Below, in pieces: positions 1 to 12,500 of a DNA stretch of 64,000 nt. The translations under genes were made by a program, and so were the position numbers. The first letter of the stretch is position 1; the number at the start of each line of letters is the position of its first letter. The DNA is from Rozella allomycis CSF55 (taxonomy: Eukaryota). The notes beneath the pieces are model-generated. The model was not told the origin of the DNA. It made no database searches and saw nothing but the letters and a program-made list of their open reading frames with translations. Where the stretch lies: positions 203,341-267,340 of the forward strand of contig KE561047.1 of NCBI GenBank assembly GCA_000442015.1. The letters run 5' to 3'.

Positions 1-473
1 CCTATGATAACAAAAGTACAAGTTGTTGATGTCCATCTGACTGTGTGTCCATACAGCATCCTTGTGACTAGTTTGATCCCGTTTTCCATTATATCACTAT
101 GGGTCGGTAGAACCTTTATCATATTAGAGCTAGGCTCATATTCAAAAAATGAAGTCATAACTGTTGATTTTTGATTAAATAGTGCATGAAAGGTCGGGGA
201 TTGACACAAGACAATCTTATGGAGTGCTATAGATCTCTGTTGTATATATAAAATGCAATCTGTAAAAGCACCTTTTATAAAGCCATTTGAATACAGTGAA
301 AATTTAGAGTCTGAAGAAAGAGGAGTCGAAAAATCTGTTTCGAAATGATTTTCAAGAAGTGAAACAAACGAAGCCGACGAATTTGTTTCCGTTTGTTCAG
401 AAATCGGCTCGAATGAATAAGAGGTAGATTTCTTCATTTGCTTTTTACTGCTATTAAATGTCATGAATCGCAT
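1..473 (-). CDS. BTB/POZ-domain protein, N-terminal part (runs off window edge)
   Basis: Open frame from ATG 473 (or 437) to position 1: ...FTDCILYIQQRSIALHKIVLCQSPTFHALF...GIKLVTRMLYG, a BTB-type motif. Confidence 0.65.
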   Translation of the reverse strand, partial: MRFMTFNSSKKQMKKSTSYSFEPISEQTETNSSASFVSLLENHFETDFSTPLSSDSKFSLYSNGFIKGAFTDCILYIQQRSIALHKIVLCQSPTFHALFNQKSTVMTSFFEYEPSSNMIKVLPTHSDIMENGIKLVTRMLYGHTVRWTSTTCTFVII

Positions 474-606
474 TCAGCAGAACGTGTCGGACAATCGGAC
501 TTGGAATTTTCGGTCGAGACTTTAAATGATTTTGGCAGATCATATTGACTTAAAAATGGAGAGTAAAATATATAGTCCTTCAATCATCAAACTATAAGAA
601 TTTCAT

Positions 607-1137
607 TTATTCTTTAAGAAATTTGGACAAATCAGAAAAACCTTCCTTCTTCTTGAAAGTTGAATCCTGTAAAACAGATTGAGTAGCATCGTTTGAATAG
701 TCGGATACCCATTCTGCAAAAGTAGAATTATCCTAAATACAATATGTGCAAAAAACTTACATGAGTAACTCTCTTAAGACGAATTGTATGGATGGCACTC
801 ATGCAATGAGTTGGTGGATTGCTTTCAATGAGTTCATAAGTTATGAAATGTTGCAAATCTATTGGAATTGTTGGGTAAAATTTACCTGAAAGTTCAACAA
901 TTCTAATCTTTTGAATGGTACCATCTTTGTAAGTAACCTTTTTCAATGCTCCGACTATGTTAAACTATATTAAATATCATACCACCAGTTCCTTCGGAGT
1001 CCACGGTAGCGACGGTTGTAAGCCATTTAAAATCAAGGGGGCGAATAATATCCCAAATCTATGAAATGTAAAATCTGAATCTATACCTTGTTTTCAGGAG
1101 TTTTGAAAACTCTAGTTTCAGAAATATGTGTTGCCAT
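607..1137 (-). CDS. SRPBCC/Bet v1-like (polyketide cyclase-like) small protein, 4 micro-introns
   Basis: Spliced: MATHISETRVFKTPENKIWDIIRPLDFKW...VGALKKVTYKDGTIQKIRIVELSD...TFAEWVSDYSNDA...FLKE*. Confidence 0.65.
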
Positions 1138-1297
1138 TTTCTTCGGTTGTTATTGCAAGGGTAGTAGGCAAGCAATTGAGAACTTCTTGGAAACACGATC
1201 GATGAAACAAAATAGACGAATAAATTTAAACTATTTTTTTCCATTTATTAGAAAACCTAATATTTGAACCTAACATTTATGAAAATTCGCATTTCAA

Positions 1298-2723
1298 ATG
1301 CAGGTGCAAGACGAGGCCTATGCTGAACCAAATGTAGTTGATGCCATAATGTCATCCTGGAAAACCCGCCTTACAGAAGACGAAAGAGTGAAGCTTTCAT
1401 TGATGCTACTAGAAGGATTGCCGACTCAATATTTGTCATTTGTGATTTCAGATCTTACTTCGCATATTCATACAGATATTATTAGAAATCTGCCTTATGA
1501 GATTAGTTTGAAGGTACTTTCCTACTTGGAACCTAGATCAATTGTGAATTGTAGCTTAGTGAGCAAATATTGGTATAAAATATGCCACGACAATAATTTA
1601 TGGAAAAAAGTGTATTCAAGGAAAAGTAATTGTTATAATGTTGAAAGATTTAGACTTTAACAAAGAGATTCCATGTTGGAATAGCGCTAATTCCGAGAGA
1701 ATTCATGATAGCATTGTTCGTGGAAATAAATCAGAGTCAGAAAGTGAATGGCTTCAAATGTATATTAACCACACTAGAGTATCTAATAATTGGAAATCTT
1801 CAAAGTATCAGCCAAGTCGAGTAAAAACGTTTGCTGGGCATGATGATGCTGTTTATAGTTTACAATTTGATGATAAAAAGATGATTACAGGCTCACGAGA
1901 CCGAAGTATAAAAATCATAAATCTTGAAACTTTTGAGCAAACTAAACATTTGGAAGGACACGAAGGTTCTGTTCTTTGCCTTCACTTTATGGATGATATG
2001 TTGATTACTGGCAGCTCAGATCAAACTGTGAGACTTTGGAATATTAATGATGATACCAATAAAGTAATCGGAATGCACCAGGAAAGCATTTTGAATTTGA
2101 AGTTTGATGATAAATACTTAATCACGTCTTCGAAAGATAGAACCATCAAAGTTTGGGACATGCAGGATATAAAGAATAGTCTAGGTGAGGTTTCAGCAGT
2201 GAAAACATTAACAGGCCATTTTGCAGCTGTAAATGCAATTTCGTATATTGGATCTAAATTGGTGATTTCAGGCTCAGGGGATCGACTGGTCAAAATTTGG
2301 AACGTTGAAAGTGGTGAATGCTTGAGAACCCTTGAAGGTAATTTCTTTTTCAAGTCTTAAAGAGGCCACTCAAGGGGAATAGCATGTCTTCATTCGGACG
2401 GTAGACAAATTTTAACAGGCTCATCTGATACTACTGCCAAATTATGGGATTTAGAAACGGGCGCGTGCATTAATACTTATAGAGGCCATAGCGAACTAGT
2501 TAGAACGGTGCAAGTAGACCAGGCAGCATTTGTCACCGGCTCCTACGATAGAAGTATACTCGTCTGGGATCCAAGGAGTAACCATTATGTCCATGAACTT
2601 TCTGGACATTCTTCTAGAGTCTTCAAATTACAGTTCGATCATAGGCGTTTAATTTCAGGATCTCAAGATAATACTATAATGGAGTGGTCCTTTTCAGGTG
2701 GAATTTCAAACTTGTTTCTTTAG
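1298..2723 (+). CDS. F-box/WD40 protein, beta-TrCP/FWD-1-like
   Basis: F-box (LPYEISLKVLSYL...LVSKYW) plus WD repeats including GHFAAVNAI, GHSRGIACL and GHSELVRT; 2 micro-introns. Confidence 0.85.
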
Positions 2724-2872
2724 GTTATGAAAGAATATTCTAAATGTGTAGATTGATAATAAATTACATTGTTTGATGTCACATTCAGGATTGTTCACAA
2801 TTTTCAACATAAAAAAACATAAACCAAAATTTTATGAGGAAGAAAATCATTTTATTGATTACATGATAATCT

Positions 2873-3617
2873 CTAAAATCCGGCTGCCCGCTATTGTAAA
2901 CGAAATAACAACTAAGTTACTTCAATTGATTGTTGAGCATGTTCATTAAATCGTTTAACCTCTTCTGAACAATTTAAAGTTTTTCCAGGATTCTTTCTGT
3001 AACAAAAATAATTTAATATGAGTACCTATAACACTCCAACACGGCATGCTGCAAGTTGATTACAACTCCATCTTTGGGGAGTCTTTGATGCCTTACAAAA
3101 TATATTTGAATTAACATTACGAAGGTATTTTGCTTTCAAGTTCATGTATGATATTTAATAGTTTGCCGGTATCGCCTTTGGCATTTTCAATTTGATTACG
3201 CAAGGCATTCACAGAGTCTGCACTTGCAGGGTTATTTGTATGTTCTTTAATTTTTTTCTTTTTCTGAAGCTCTGCATCCTCTTTTATTTTTTTACTCATT
3301 TCATGCTTCCATAGTTCTTGCACCCTTTCCTGAACGCGCTTCTCAATCAATTCTTCGATTTCCTTTTCATCTAAAAAATTCTTCTTGGAATAAGTTTCCT
3401 TTTCATTTTTTAAACTTTCTTTTTCGCTTTCCTGTGTTTTATCGATCCCATGAACATTCTTAAAAATGCGATTACAATATGGTTACTTTGCTTTGGAAGA
3501 CGCGATTCAATATATCTCCACTTATCTGTTTTTTGAAACTTTAATAGTTACTGATATATGCGCCTCGGGGTTATCAATGATTAGATCCGGTTTCGCTAGA
3601 GATTGCGATTGACCCAT
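2873..3617 (-). CDS. MICOS subunit Mic19/CHCHD3-like
   Basis: N-terminal MGQSQS myristoylation-type start, coiled coil, C-terminal AVLECYRKNPGKTLNCSEEVKRF; 5 micro-introns. Confidence 0.7.
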
Positions 3618-3882
3618 CGTAACTATGAAAATTCGTAAACTACAATTAGGTGGTAGCGCTGAAATAGTACTTTAAAATGATTCTTAACACTAAACTCAAA
3701 TGAGTTAAGTAGTATTCAAAGTGTATTCGGGCGTCAAAACTTTGAATGGTAATTTAATTGGCAAATGATAAATACATGAATATTTCTGGACGAACAATAA
3801 ATCATAATTAACTATATGTTATATCCTTCTGTAATATAGTGACTTATCTATCCTCCAATTTGAAGTATAAACCCTTGCTTGA

Positions 3883-5789
3883 ATGAGTGTCCACCAAGAC
3901 ATTTTTAAACAACTAAATAATTCAACAGCAACAGTCAAACAATATTTAAAAAAACTAGAAGCTAAATTTGCCAATGATATAGATATTTTCAAGAGCTCTT
4001 TGGAGTTTGGATTTAGAAAGTATTTGATTGAGAATTCTGTAAGGAGTGTTTATTATCAAGATTAATAGAATGATTCTAAAAAGAAAAAGAGTCTCATAAA
4101 AACGGCTATTTCTCTGGCGGAAGATGGTAAATGTGCGTGATTCTTAAAATGAGGGGTTATAGAATCGACGCTACTTGTTACTTTAATAGAGGATCTTGTT
4201 GACTTGTCTCCTGTTAAAGAGCTTGATAGCGTTATTTCTCTTTTGGAATCTCTACAAGACTTTTTTGACAGAGTAAAATACTACGCGTTAGGAGAAAGGA
4301 CCAATTTTTAACCAAGACTAAAGGTTTGGTGATGTTGAGACTTTGTAATGAACTTCAAAGAAGGCTACCTAAACATACTCATGCACGTGAATGTGGTAGA
4401 ATTTCATTGTTTCTTTCTAAAAACTTGACACTCTGCGATCGTTCTGGTACAAATCTTTCAATGATTATATTAGGTGTCAATATGACTGGAAATTTTAACA
4501 TTTCAAATATTACAAAATACGATGAAGAAAGTGATGACTTGGCGTATAAAACATTTTGGCACATGCAGTTTCTTTACAGCAATCCAACTCTCTGCTTCCA
4601 AGCACTTAACTTGCAATTGCTGAAAAAGGGCTTAGAGGAAACATTTAAATTATTTGAACAAAATCCCATCGATAATAATTTAACTGACGAGCAATTTGTT
4701 TTTCAAACCAAACACATAACTTCAAAAAAGACATTTGATCGACTATTAAGATACCAGAAATTTAGAAGAGAAATTTTAATTCAAATTATAATCGTTTTAA
4801 ATTATTTACTTTCAAAGCCCAGAGATGTGAATTCTAAAGGCTCCACTGTATCTACCCCTGTCGTTGCTTCAAAGCAGCCACTTAAAGTATTGAATGAATC
4901 TCAAGAAGCTCTTTTAAATGATTTTCGAAAGCAAGCATTAAGAGCTTTGGAAAAAACAACTCCAAATGGACGAGCACTCTATGTAACAGCGAGAAGAATG
5001 ATAAAATCTGAACAGCATTGGGCAGATTGGAAAGCAGAAGGATGTCAAAGCTTTGAAAAACCTAAAGCCAGTTTAAACTTTGTAGACAAGAGGAAAATAA
5101 AATCTTATGTAAGTCATTTTCATCCTTTTTAAAAGAATATTGACGATATTTACAACGAACAAAATTTCGGCACTGAAGAGCTTTCAAGGCTGTGGAAAAA
5201 TGAATCTAATTTCAATAATTATGAATATCTAAAAAACAAGTAAATGAATGTTTTCGTTAATTTATAGCACTAAATTACCAAGGTTTGAAGATTATCTAGA
5301 GGATTTGAAAGAGCAAATGAACCCTGAAGATGATATTGAAAAAGAATACCGCCTGTCCAACAATACAGTAACGGCTCTATGTCAGCTAAATAGACTTACG
5401 TTTGGAAATGTTTTAGATTAGCAGGAAAGAAGGACGTTTCAATGTTACAGAAAATAGAACACATGAATATCGAAAAACTTGTATTGCTTTTGAATCCCGA
5501 TTTGAAAGAACAATTAGACAATGTTGGAATGGATATATCTAATGATAATCATAACATTAATTCCGATCTCGACGAACACGCTAGCATTACTATGCCACCA
5601 GATCTTCATGAATCTGAAGAAAATTTTGAAAATGAATATCTCGTCGATGAATCGGCAGACCAAACATCAGATAAGCAAAATGAAGTCATTCTATCCAATG
5701 GATCTCAAAGTGCTACACTGGCAACTCCTATGGATGTTTCCATGTCTGAAAAGCCATCTGTTGAAGACGGAGAACTATCAGATCAATAA
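3883..5789 (+). CDS. THOC1: THO complex subunit 1 (Hpr1/THOC1)
   Basis: LRLCNELQRRL, CGRISLFLS...DRSG-VNMTGNFN, EQHWADWKAEGCQSFEK; multiple micro-introns. Confidence 0.85.
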
Positions 5790-5903
5790 ATTTTCTTTCC
5801 CAATTTAAAATACAAAGCCTTATTGAATATGAAGATCTCTTAGAATCTTTTTAAATCTCTTTGTGACCCCTGCAACCATTGTCCTCTGAACTTTTCTGTT
5901 GGG

Positions 5904-7139
5904 ATGATCGAAGAGCTGTTACGAGAAACATCTAAAGAAATTCCATATACTTGTATCACCAAATTTTTGCATAATACGCAATCTCTTGGAAACTTGCTGG
6001 CAAAGTTAACTTCTGAAAAGTTGCTTATTGAAGATTACTATCCACACAAAAGAGATTTTGTTTACGATGCTCTCTCCCGCCAATACATTGAAGGATATTA
6101 TAGTTCTGTGCACAAATGTTGGTGTTTTCAGTCGGAACCCGTCGTACTTTCAGTTGAAGACGTGGAAAAGTCAAAAGAAATCTGTGAACTAATTAACAAA
6201 GAATTTCATGGATTTATTTGGTTTTCTTTATTTTTGAAGCGATATCCTATCTTATTTAAAACTACGAAATACCCAAGCTTGAAAGATTTGTTATTTATGG
6301 CCTGCACTAGCGGCATAATATTTGGAGGTTATCTAAAATCCAAAAATGATTGGTTCTTTTGTACAGGAACTGTCTCACCTGATTACTTGAAAGATCAATT
6401 GCTCAATGAAAGCACTATTTCAACTTCTGCTACATCCTCTTTACTCGAGGCAGTTATTGAAGAATGCATGACGGAATTAAATAACATGTGCCGAAAGCAG
6501 CGCTTTGTATCATTTATTGATTTGTCCAATCGTTTCGCATCAAATAAGCTAAACGAGAAAATTAAAGGATGCAATTTCAAATTTAAGAAGTTTTTTTATT
6601 ATCTTGTTTCAATCAACAAGATAAAAATGGTTTTCGATGTTGAGTGGATTGTTTATGTTCCACCATGTGATTTTGAAGCACCAAAAGAAAAGCATTTCAA
6701 ACTATTAGAAACCATTGAAAAATCGCTTCCTTGTACTTATGGTACATTGTCCCAGTCAAAAGATCTTAAAGTTTTTTGTGAAGATTCTGGGTTTCTGGAT
6801 TTATGGCACGGTATCATTGAATTAGCTTCTCATGATCTCTTAAACTTAGAGTTTAGCGCCAATGATTATAAAATATTTCCATATTCTTCAAAATCTAAGG
6901 AGACCGATGCCAAACCCCAACTTGGCACCAAATCGACCACAGATAATGAATTGAAGGATACTTTGAATCAAAACAATCAAAAAAAGGAAAGCGTTAAGGA
7001 TCCAATTGAAATAGAACAAGATGATAAAGAAGCAGAGATTGATACAAACTCAGCCGGTCAAAAAGAACGCTCACAATTGGACTATTTCAGCGATCTATTT
7101 TTTAGTATGAAAGTGCCAAGTATCTTTGGATCAAAATAA
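5904..7139 (+). CDS. Hypothetical protein, 411 aa, intronless
   Basis: Long uninterrupted ORF, no motif recognised. Confidence 0.65.
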   Translation: MIEELLRETSKEIPYTCITKFLHNTQSLGNLLAKLTSEKLLIEDYYPHKRDFVYDALSRQYIEGYYSSVHKCWCFQSEPVVLSVEDVEKSKEICELINKEFHGFIWFSLFLKRYPILFKTTKYPSLKDLLFMACTSGIIFGGYLKSKNDWFFCTGTVSPDYLKDQLLNESTISTSATSSLLEAVIEECMTELNNMCRKQRFVSFIDLSNRFASNKLNEKIKGCNFKFKKFFYYLVSINKIKMVFDVEWIVYVPPCDFEAPKEKHFKLLETIEKSLPCTYGTLSQSKDLKVFCEDSGFLDLWHGIIELASHDLLNLEFSANDYKIFPYSSKSKETDAKPQLGTKSTTDNELKDTLNQNNQKKESVKDPIEIEQDDKEAEIDTNSAGQKERSQLDYFSDLFFSMKVPSIFGSK

Positions 7140-7208
7140 AAACTGAAGTTCTTTTTTATATTGGATTCAATTTTAATTAGAACTTAATTTGCCCCTTAGA
7201 AATAGTCT

Positions 7209-8124
7209 TTATTTAAGGATTGTATTGAAAATTAAAGCCAGGCGCAATGCAGCCTTTTGAATCAAGGATTCGACCAGAATAATCATTTGTTCATAATATT
7301 TTGTCGATATTTCCTCACCTTTAAAGTATTTTAACACGCCTCGGCAATTGTACCGTACCACTTCTGCAGCCCATGCATCAATCATACCCACATGAAAAGC
7401 TTCATTTGATGCCTTTAATGTCTCAGTGCTAAAAATTGAAGTAAGCGCTACAGAGGAGGCTCGAAAATACTTTTCTTTGAAACCTCCAAAATCGTCTTTT
7501 ATACGTTTCTATTATAATATACTCACTTTCCTACCCTTAACATCTTTGAATCCCATACAAAATGTAAATTAGAATGTTGACCTTCAAACAGAACTTTCAT
7601 TTTCATACCGCCTCTCTCATTTGTAAGCACTATTGATAACAATATAGTCTATTTACTATGCATGGGATTGTGGAGATCTCCAATTAAATGAATCATAAAC
7701 AACGCGGCCTCTTGTCTTTCCTTGGGAGAAACACCTTTTTTGGTCAATATAGCCGTGAAATTTTTTAAACTGGTAATTAAACAGCCATTTCCTTTGCATG
7801 TATCATAATTTAATAAACAACGGGAGGGCAGCTCAACATTGTTGTTCATGAAGTGATAGTGTTGAGTATGTATGTATTCTCTCTTCTTTTTGATTTTATC
7901 AGCCCATCTAGCTGCTTTTGTGAAAGGTAATTGATTTTCGGGCATCTTCATAATACTTTCCAACTTTTCCAGAGTTGCATTGTTAAGCATTCGAACAAAT
8001 AGATAACCAATCATTTCATGGCCTTCAAGAATATTGGCAAATATGATTTACCAATATCTCCGTAGCAAGAAATACGACAAACAAGGGCTAAAATTACGTA
8101 ATTAAGGCAATTCGATGGATTCAT
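7209..8124 (-). CDS. Secreted S1/P1 nuclease family protein
   Basis: Signal peptide, YGDIGHEMIG, AARWAD, HLIGDLHNPMH, NLHFVWD, KAALRLALIFN; 3 micro-introns. Confidence 0.85.
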
Positions 8125-8635
8125 TGGTTAAAATTTGTCAAGTGAATAAAAATGGCTTGGAGTTTTCCAGAAAATTATGCTTTTAAACTAGCTGAAAGTC
8201 CGAAGAAAGAAGTTTAAACAATTTATTAAATGTTCGGGTGATCATGAAATCGGCCATTGTCTTTCAAAGGGTTGGCGTGTAACCTTGATCAACAATTCAT
8301 TATTCGATGACAAAAAATGATTTTATGCAAAGCAACGAAGGATCATAGCCGTTGTAATTGTAAATGTTTATATCACACCATTATTAAACAATTTTATGGT
8401 TGGACTAAGATGCCATTGGATGTGAAAAATACAAAGATAAGAACCGATATTGTCAACATTAATTATGAAAAGATGCTCATCAATCTAACTCTTTATATAC
8501 GCCGCCTTAAATCGCCGAATCATTTACGTTGAATCCAACTTTATATGCGATGTTTGGTTTTAGATTATATTGGTGGCTCAGCAGGCAATTTCCTTTTGGA
8601 GTACAATTTTGAAAATATGTAAAAAAAACATTCAG

Positions 8636-9130
8636 ATGAAAATACTCATCATGGGTGTTGCGGGTTGCGGGAAAACAACATTCTCACGAGCATTAGGTGA
8701 GAGACTAGCCCATTTTATTGTTGTTGAGGCAGATGACTTCCATTCATTGGGATCGAAAGAGAAAATGGAAAAAGGGATACCATTGAACGATAATGATAGA
8801 TATCCTTGGCTTTTAAGCATTAGCAGTGAATTAAGAAGCAATGAGAATGTCATATTAGCATGCTCTGCTTTAAAAAAGGCATATAGGGATATCATTTTTG
8901 ACGGAATCCCCAGGCATAATATATTGGTCTTATTTTTGGATATTTATCCGGAAGATTCATATTCACGATTAAAGAAGAGAAACGTGGGGTTTTTTAATCC
9001 ACAACTTTGTGTATCTCAATTTCAAGCTCTTGAAATACCCGAAGAGTCTGAAAACTACAAGCATCTTCTCTTTTCTCGGGATTTCACATCAATGGATAAG
9101 TTACTGGAGAAAGTAGTTTCGCTAATTTAG
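8636..9130 (+). CDS. Gluconokinase (GntK/IdnK family)
   Basis: MGVAGCGKTT P-loop, EADDFH, GIPLNDNDRYPWL, ACSALKKAYR, SQFQALEIP. Confidence 0.9.
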   Translation: MKILIMGVAGCGKTTFSRALGERLAHFIVVEADDFHSLGSKEKMEKGIPLNDNDRYPWLLSISSELRSNENVILACSALKKAYRDIIFDGIPRHNILVLFLDIYPEDSYSRLKKRNVGFFNPQLCVSQFQALEIPEESENYKHLLFSRDFTSMDKLLEKVVSLI

Positions 9131-9548
9131 ATGAAAACATCGACTTAGTAGAACAGGTTTCGTCGGTAAGCATTGTTTTTAACTAATAAATACATCACTA
9201 TTAAAAAATGACTTTCTTTTTGACAAGGCTACTATTAGTATGCTGTATGTGCCACACACAATCTTGACTGTTCAGGGTAACCCAAGCATGCCGTATTTGA
9301 ACTGACATAACAAAATTGCAATTTTAATTTTTAATATACCCTGTAGATATAATGGCTGCCGCTGTTTACAGCAAAATTATGCATCAGAATTCACATGATT
9401 GTTTGCCCATGTATTTCTATTTCTACCTGAAAAGAATGCATACAAACAATTCATTTAAAATTTTTAAGCATACGTCTTTTGATATTTGTTTACACTTTTT
9501 TCTAGCCTATAAATAGAGGCAATTACACACCCTGGTTCAATTTCGCAC

Positions 9549-12500
9549 ATGTCTGCTGAAGGAAAACGAAGCGGTTCTGCGGAGAAAAAGGGAGAAGATA
9601 ATGAATCTGGGTCCAATAACGTTCCAGTAGAGGCAATTCCACTCGACCCTAGGGTGGATTGGTTCTCTGAACGTGTATTGACCTCTCTACGTTTGAAAAC
9701 TGAAAAATGGAAGAAGATGACCACTGTCAAAGAGAGTGCGTAAGATGATTGATTGATATATAACTCATAGAGAGGCAATAGTCCAGTTTATGGACCAGAT
9801 TGATGTCCCAACCCTTTTGTTTACGGTTAACGCCAAGGAGGAAATAGTGCCATGCACTAGGTTTCCCGAGGTGTTAAAGAAGAAATCAATATATTTTATG
9901 AAAAAACCCAAGGCACCATCACCATTGGTAGCTCCTTTTGAACAGTACTTGATTTGGGGTGAGGTGCCTGCTGCTCCATTGGAGTTTTTGGCTACAATGC
10001 TGGATGAGATCTATGGACCTATGCTAGTCAATCCAAAGAATCTTGAAACTTGGCCTCAAGTTGTAGCGCATGATATGAACAATCATTTCCATCAGCTTCA
10101 GAGCAATGTTTACGTTATTGCTGGTCAAACAAAGGTAATGAAAATGAGTGTAATGAAGTAGGGAAAAACTTTATTGCCCATCCCACAAAACATTTTTAAT
10201 GAAGCTGGAGAAGTTGTGTTGGAGAAGAATGTTCTTCATACTATCGAGTCTGCAGTTATTGAATGGACTCATCAAATCCACATTGTTGTTAAAAGTAATT
10301 CGGCGAGTTTGAATGAAGATTCTAATCCTGGGCCGATGGTTGAGATTGAGTTTTGGGCTGCCAAGTTTGCTAATTTAAAGTCCATCTCACAGCAGCTTAA
10401 TTCAGAAAAGATACAAAAGGTTGCAAAGATATTGGAGGAGAGCAATTCAACGTATTACCCTGCGTTCCGTGGAATGTGTGACAAGGTGTCTAATGCATTG
10501 GATGAAGCTCAAGATATCAATACCTATTTGCAGGCTTTTAAACCGCACGCTGAGAGACTCAATGGTGTGTCTGAGTTTGCTGAGATTGCTAATGTGTTGC
10601 CTGCATTGTTTCATGTTGTTGGAATGGTTTGGAAATTGAGTCGTCATTACAGTAATCCGACCAGAATGCAAGTGTTGATTCATGAGCTCTGTAATGACAT
10701 TATTGAACAAGTAACATGAATGGCCTTTTGATGATGTAGGCAAGAACCTTTATCCAACCTGAAGATTTGTTTAAGAATCCACCAGAAGAGGCGTCATTAA
10801 AGTTGAAGACTGTTTTGAGAAAGGTTGAGTTGTTTAAATTTCTGTATGATGATCAATGCAAGAAGATGGTTGAGATTGATAAGCCATGGAATTTTGATAC
10901 CCGTTTGATATTCTTTAGAATGGATGGTTTTTATGAGAGAATAGAGAATATTTTGGAGCTTTTTGATACGATTGCAGAGTTTAATAGGTTGGAGAAGATT
11001 GAGATTGGAGGATCAAAGGGAAAAATCTTGAGTTCACAAATTGTTCAAATATTTACAGAATTTAGTTTGGCGTTGGCAAATTTAGCAAAAATTAAATATG
11101 ATATTTTGAATTTGAAGACTGAAGAGTTTGATATTGATTTGAAAAAGTTTCATCGTGTGATTGAAGATTTGGATAAACGTCTTGGGTAAGATTGTAGTGA
11201 TGATTAGAGTAGAACTGTGTTGTGTCAAGCATTTGATGATTGCTGTGGATTGATTGGTTGTTTCAAGTTGTTGGATACATTTTCTGGATTGTTGAATAGG
11301 GAACACATTCAGAGAGATTTTGAGAATAAATATTTTGACTTGTTGAAGATGTTTGGAGAGGAGATTGGAGTTGTTACAGGAATGTTTTTGAGACAGAGGG
11401 AGAATCCGCCAATCCACTATAACATGCCACCGATTGCAGGGGCCTTAACATGGACACATGAATTGAAGGACAGATTGACTAAATCAATGGAGAAATTAAC
11501 AACGGTAATAAACAAATTATTAATGAATGATAGTTTACGCATCCAATTTTGACAAGTTCAGAGGAGGCTATAATAATGCGTAAAAAGTATCAAGAAGTGT
11601 TGGAAATGATGGATCAACATGAGCAGGGAGTGTATGGCCATTGGTCTGGCAATATTGTTGATGATTCAGAGGAGAATTTAGGAAAGCCATTGTTGTTTAG
11701 AGATGAAAAGAATTTGCTTAAAGTTAATTTTGATCCAAAGGTTGTTGCACTGTTAAAGGAAGTCAAATATTTTAATGCGCTGACTGTTCAAGTGCCAGAG
11801 AAAGCTTCTAATGTGTATTCAAAGCAAGAAGAGTTGAGAGAGTTTCAGTTTAATTTGGAGTTTATAGTGAATCAGTACAATACAATTCAAACAACAATGT
11901 TACAAGTTGAGCAGCCGTTAATTCAAAGTAGACTTGAGGCTATTGATTCTCAATTTGAAGATGCCTTGAACAGAATAAGTTGGAAGAGTTCTGAGATTGG
12001 AGAGTATATAAAGTCTATTGGAATAAGTGTTGGAAATCTTGCTAATATTCAAAAGAATATGAAGAGCAATGTGGATCAAATCCAAAAGATTATGAAGAGA
12101 TGGAACAATGCACCATTGATAGAAAGAAAAGATACGAGAAAACCATTGAATGTTGATGAAAGAGATAACAAGTTGAATGCTACTTATGAGCAGATTAGAC
12201 AAGATGGAGAAAATATTCATAAACTGATTCAAGAAACGTTGAATATTTTACAAGTTGATCCAGAAGGAGAAGCATGGAAGAATTATTTAATTTTTGTTGA
12301 TAATATTTTGTTGGCTGGATTGCAAGAAACTGTAAAGACTTCATTGCAATATTTGTTGAACAATATGGATCAAGAATATTTATCAAACAATGAATTGTAT
12401 TCTTTATTTGAAAGTAAATTGGAGCTTGGCAGCAATGAACTAATATTTACGCCTCCAATGGAAGAAGAAGTATCAAATGGGTTCATGTCAATTATTCAAG

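Noticed and set aside
8317-8532. 71-aa ORF or ncRNA between the nuclease and gluconokinase
   Set aside because: No motif or convincing structure seen
8636-9130. Horizontal transfer of the intronless gluconokinase
   Set aside because: The family is widespread in eukaryotes and nothing in the sequence supports transfer
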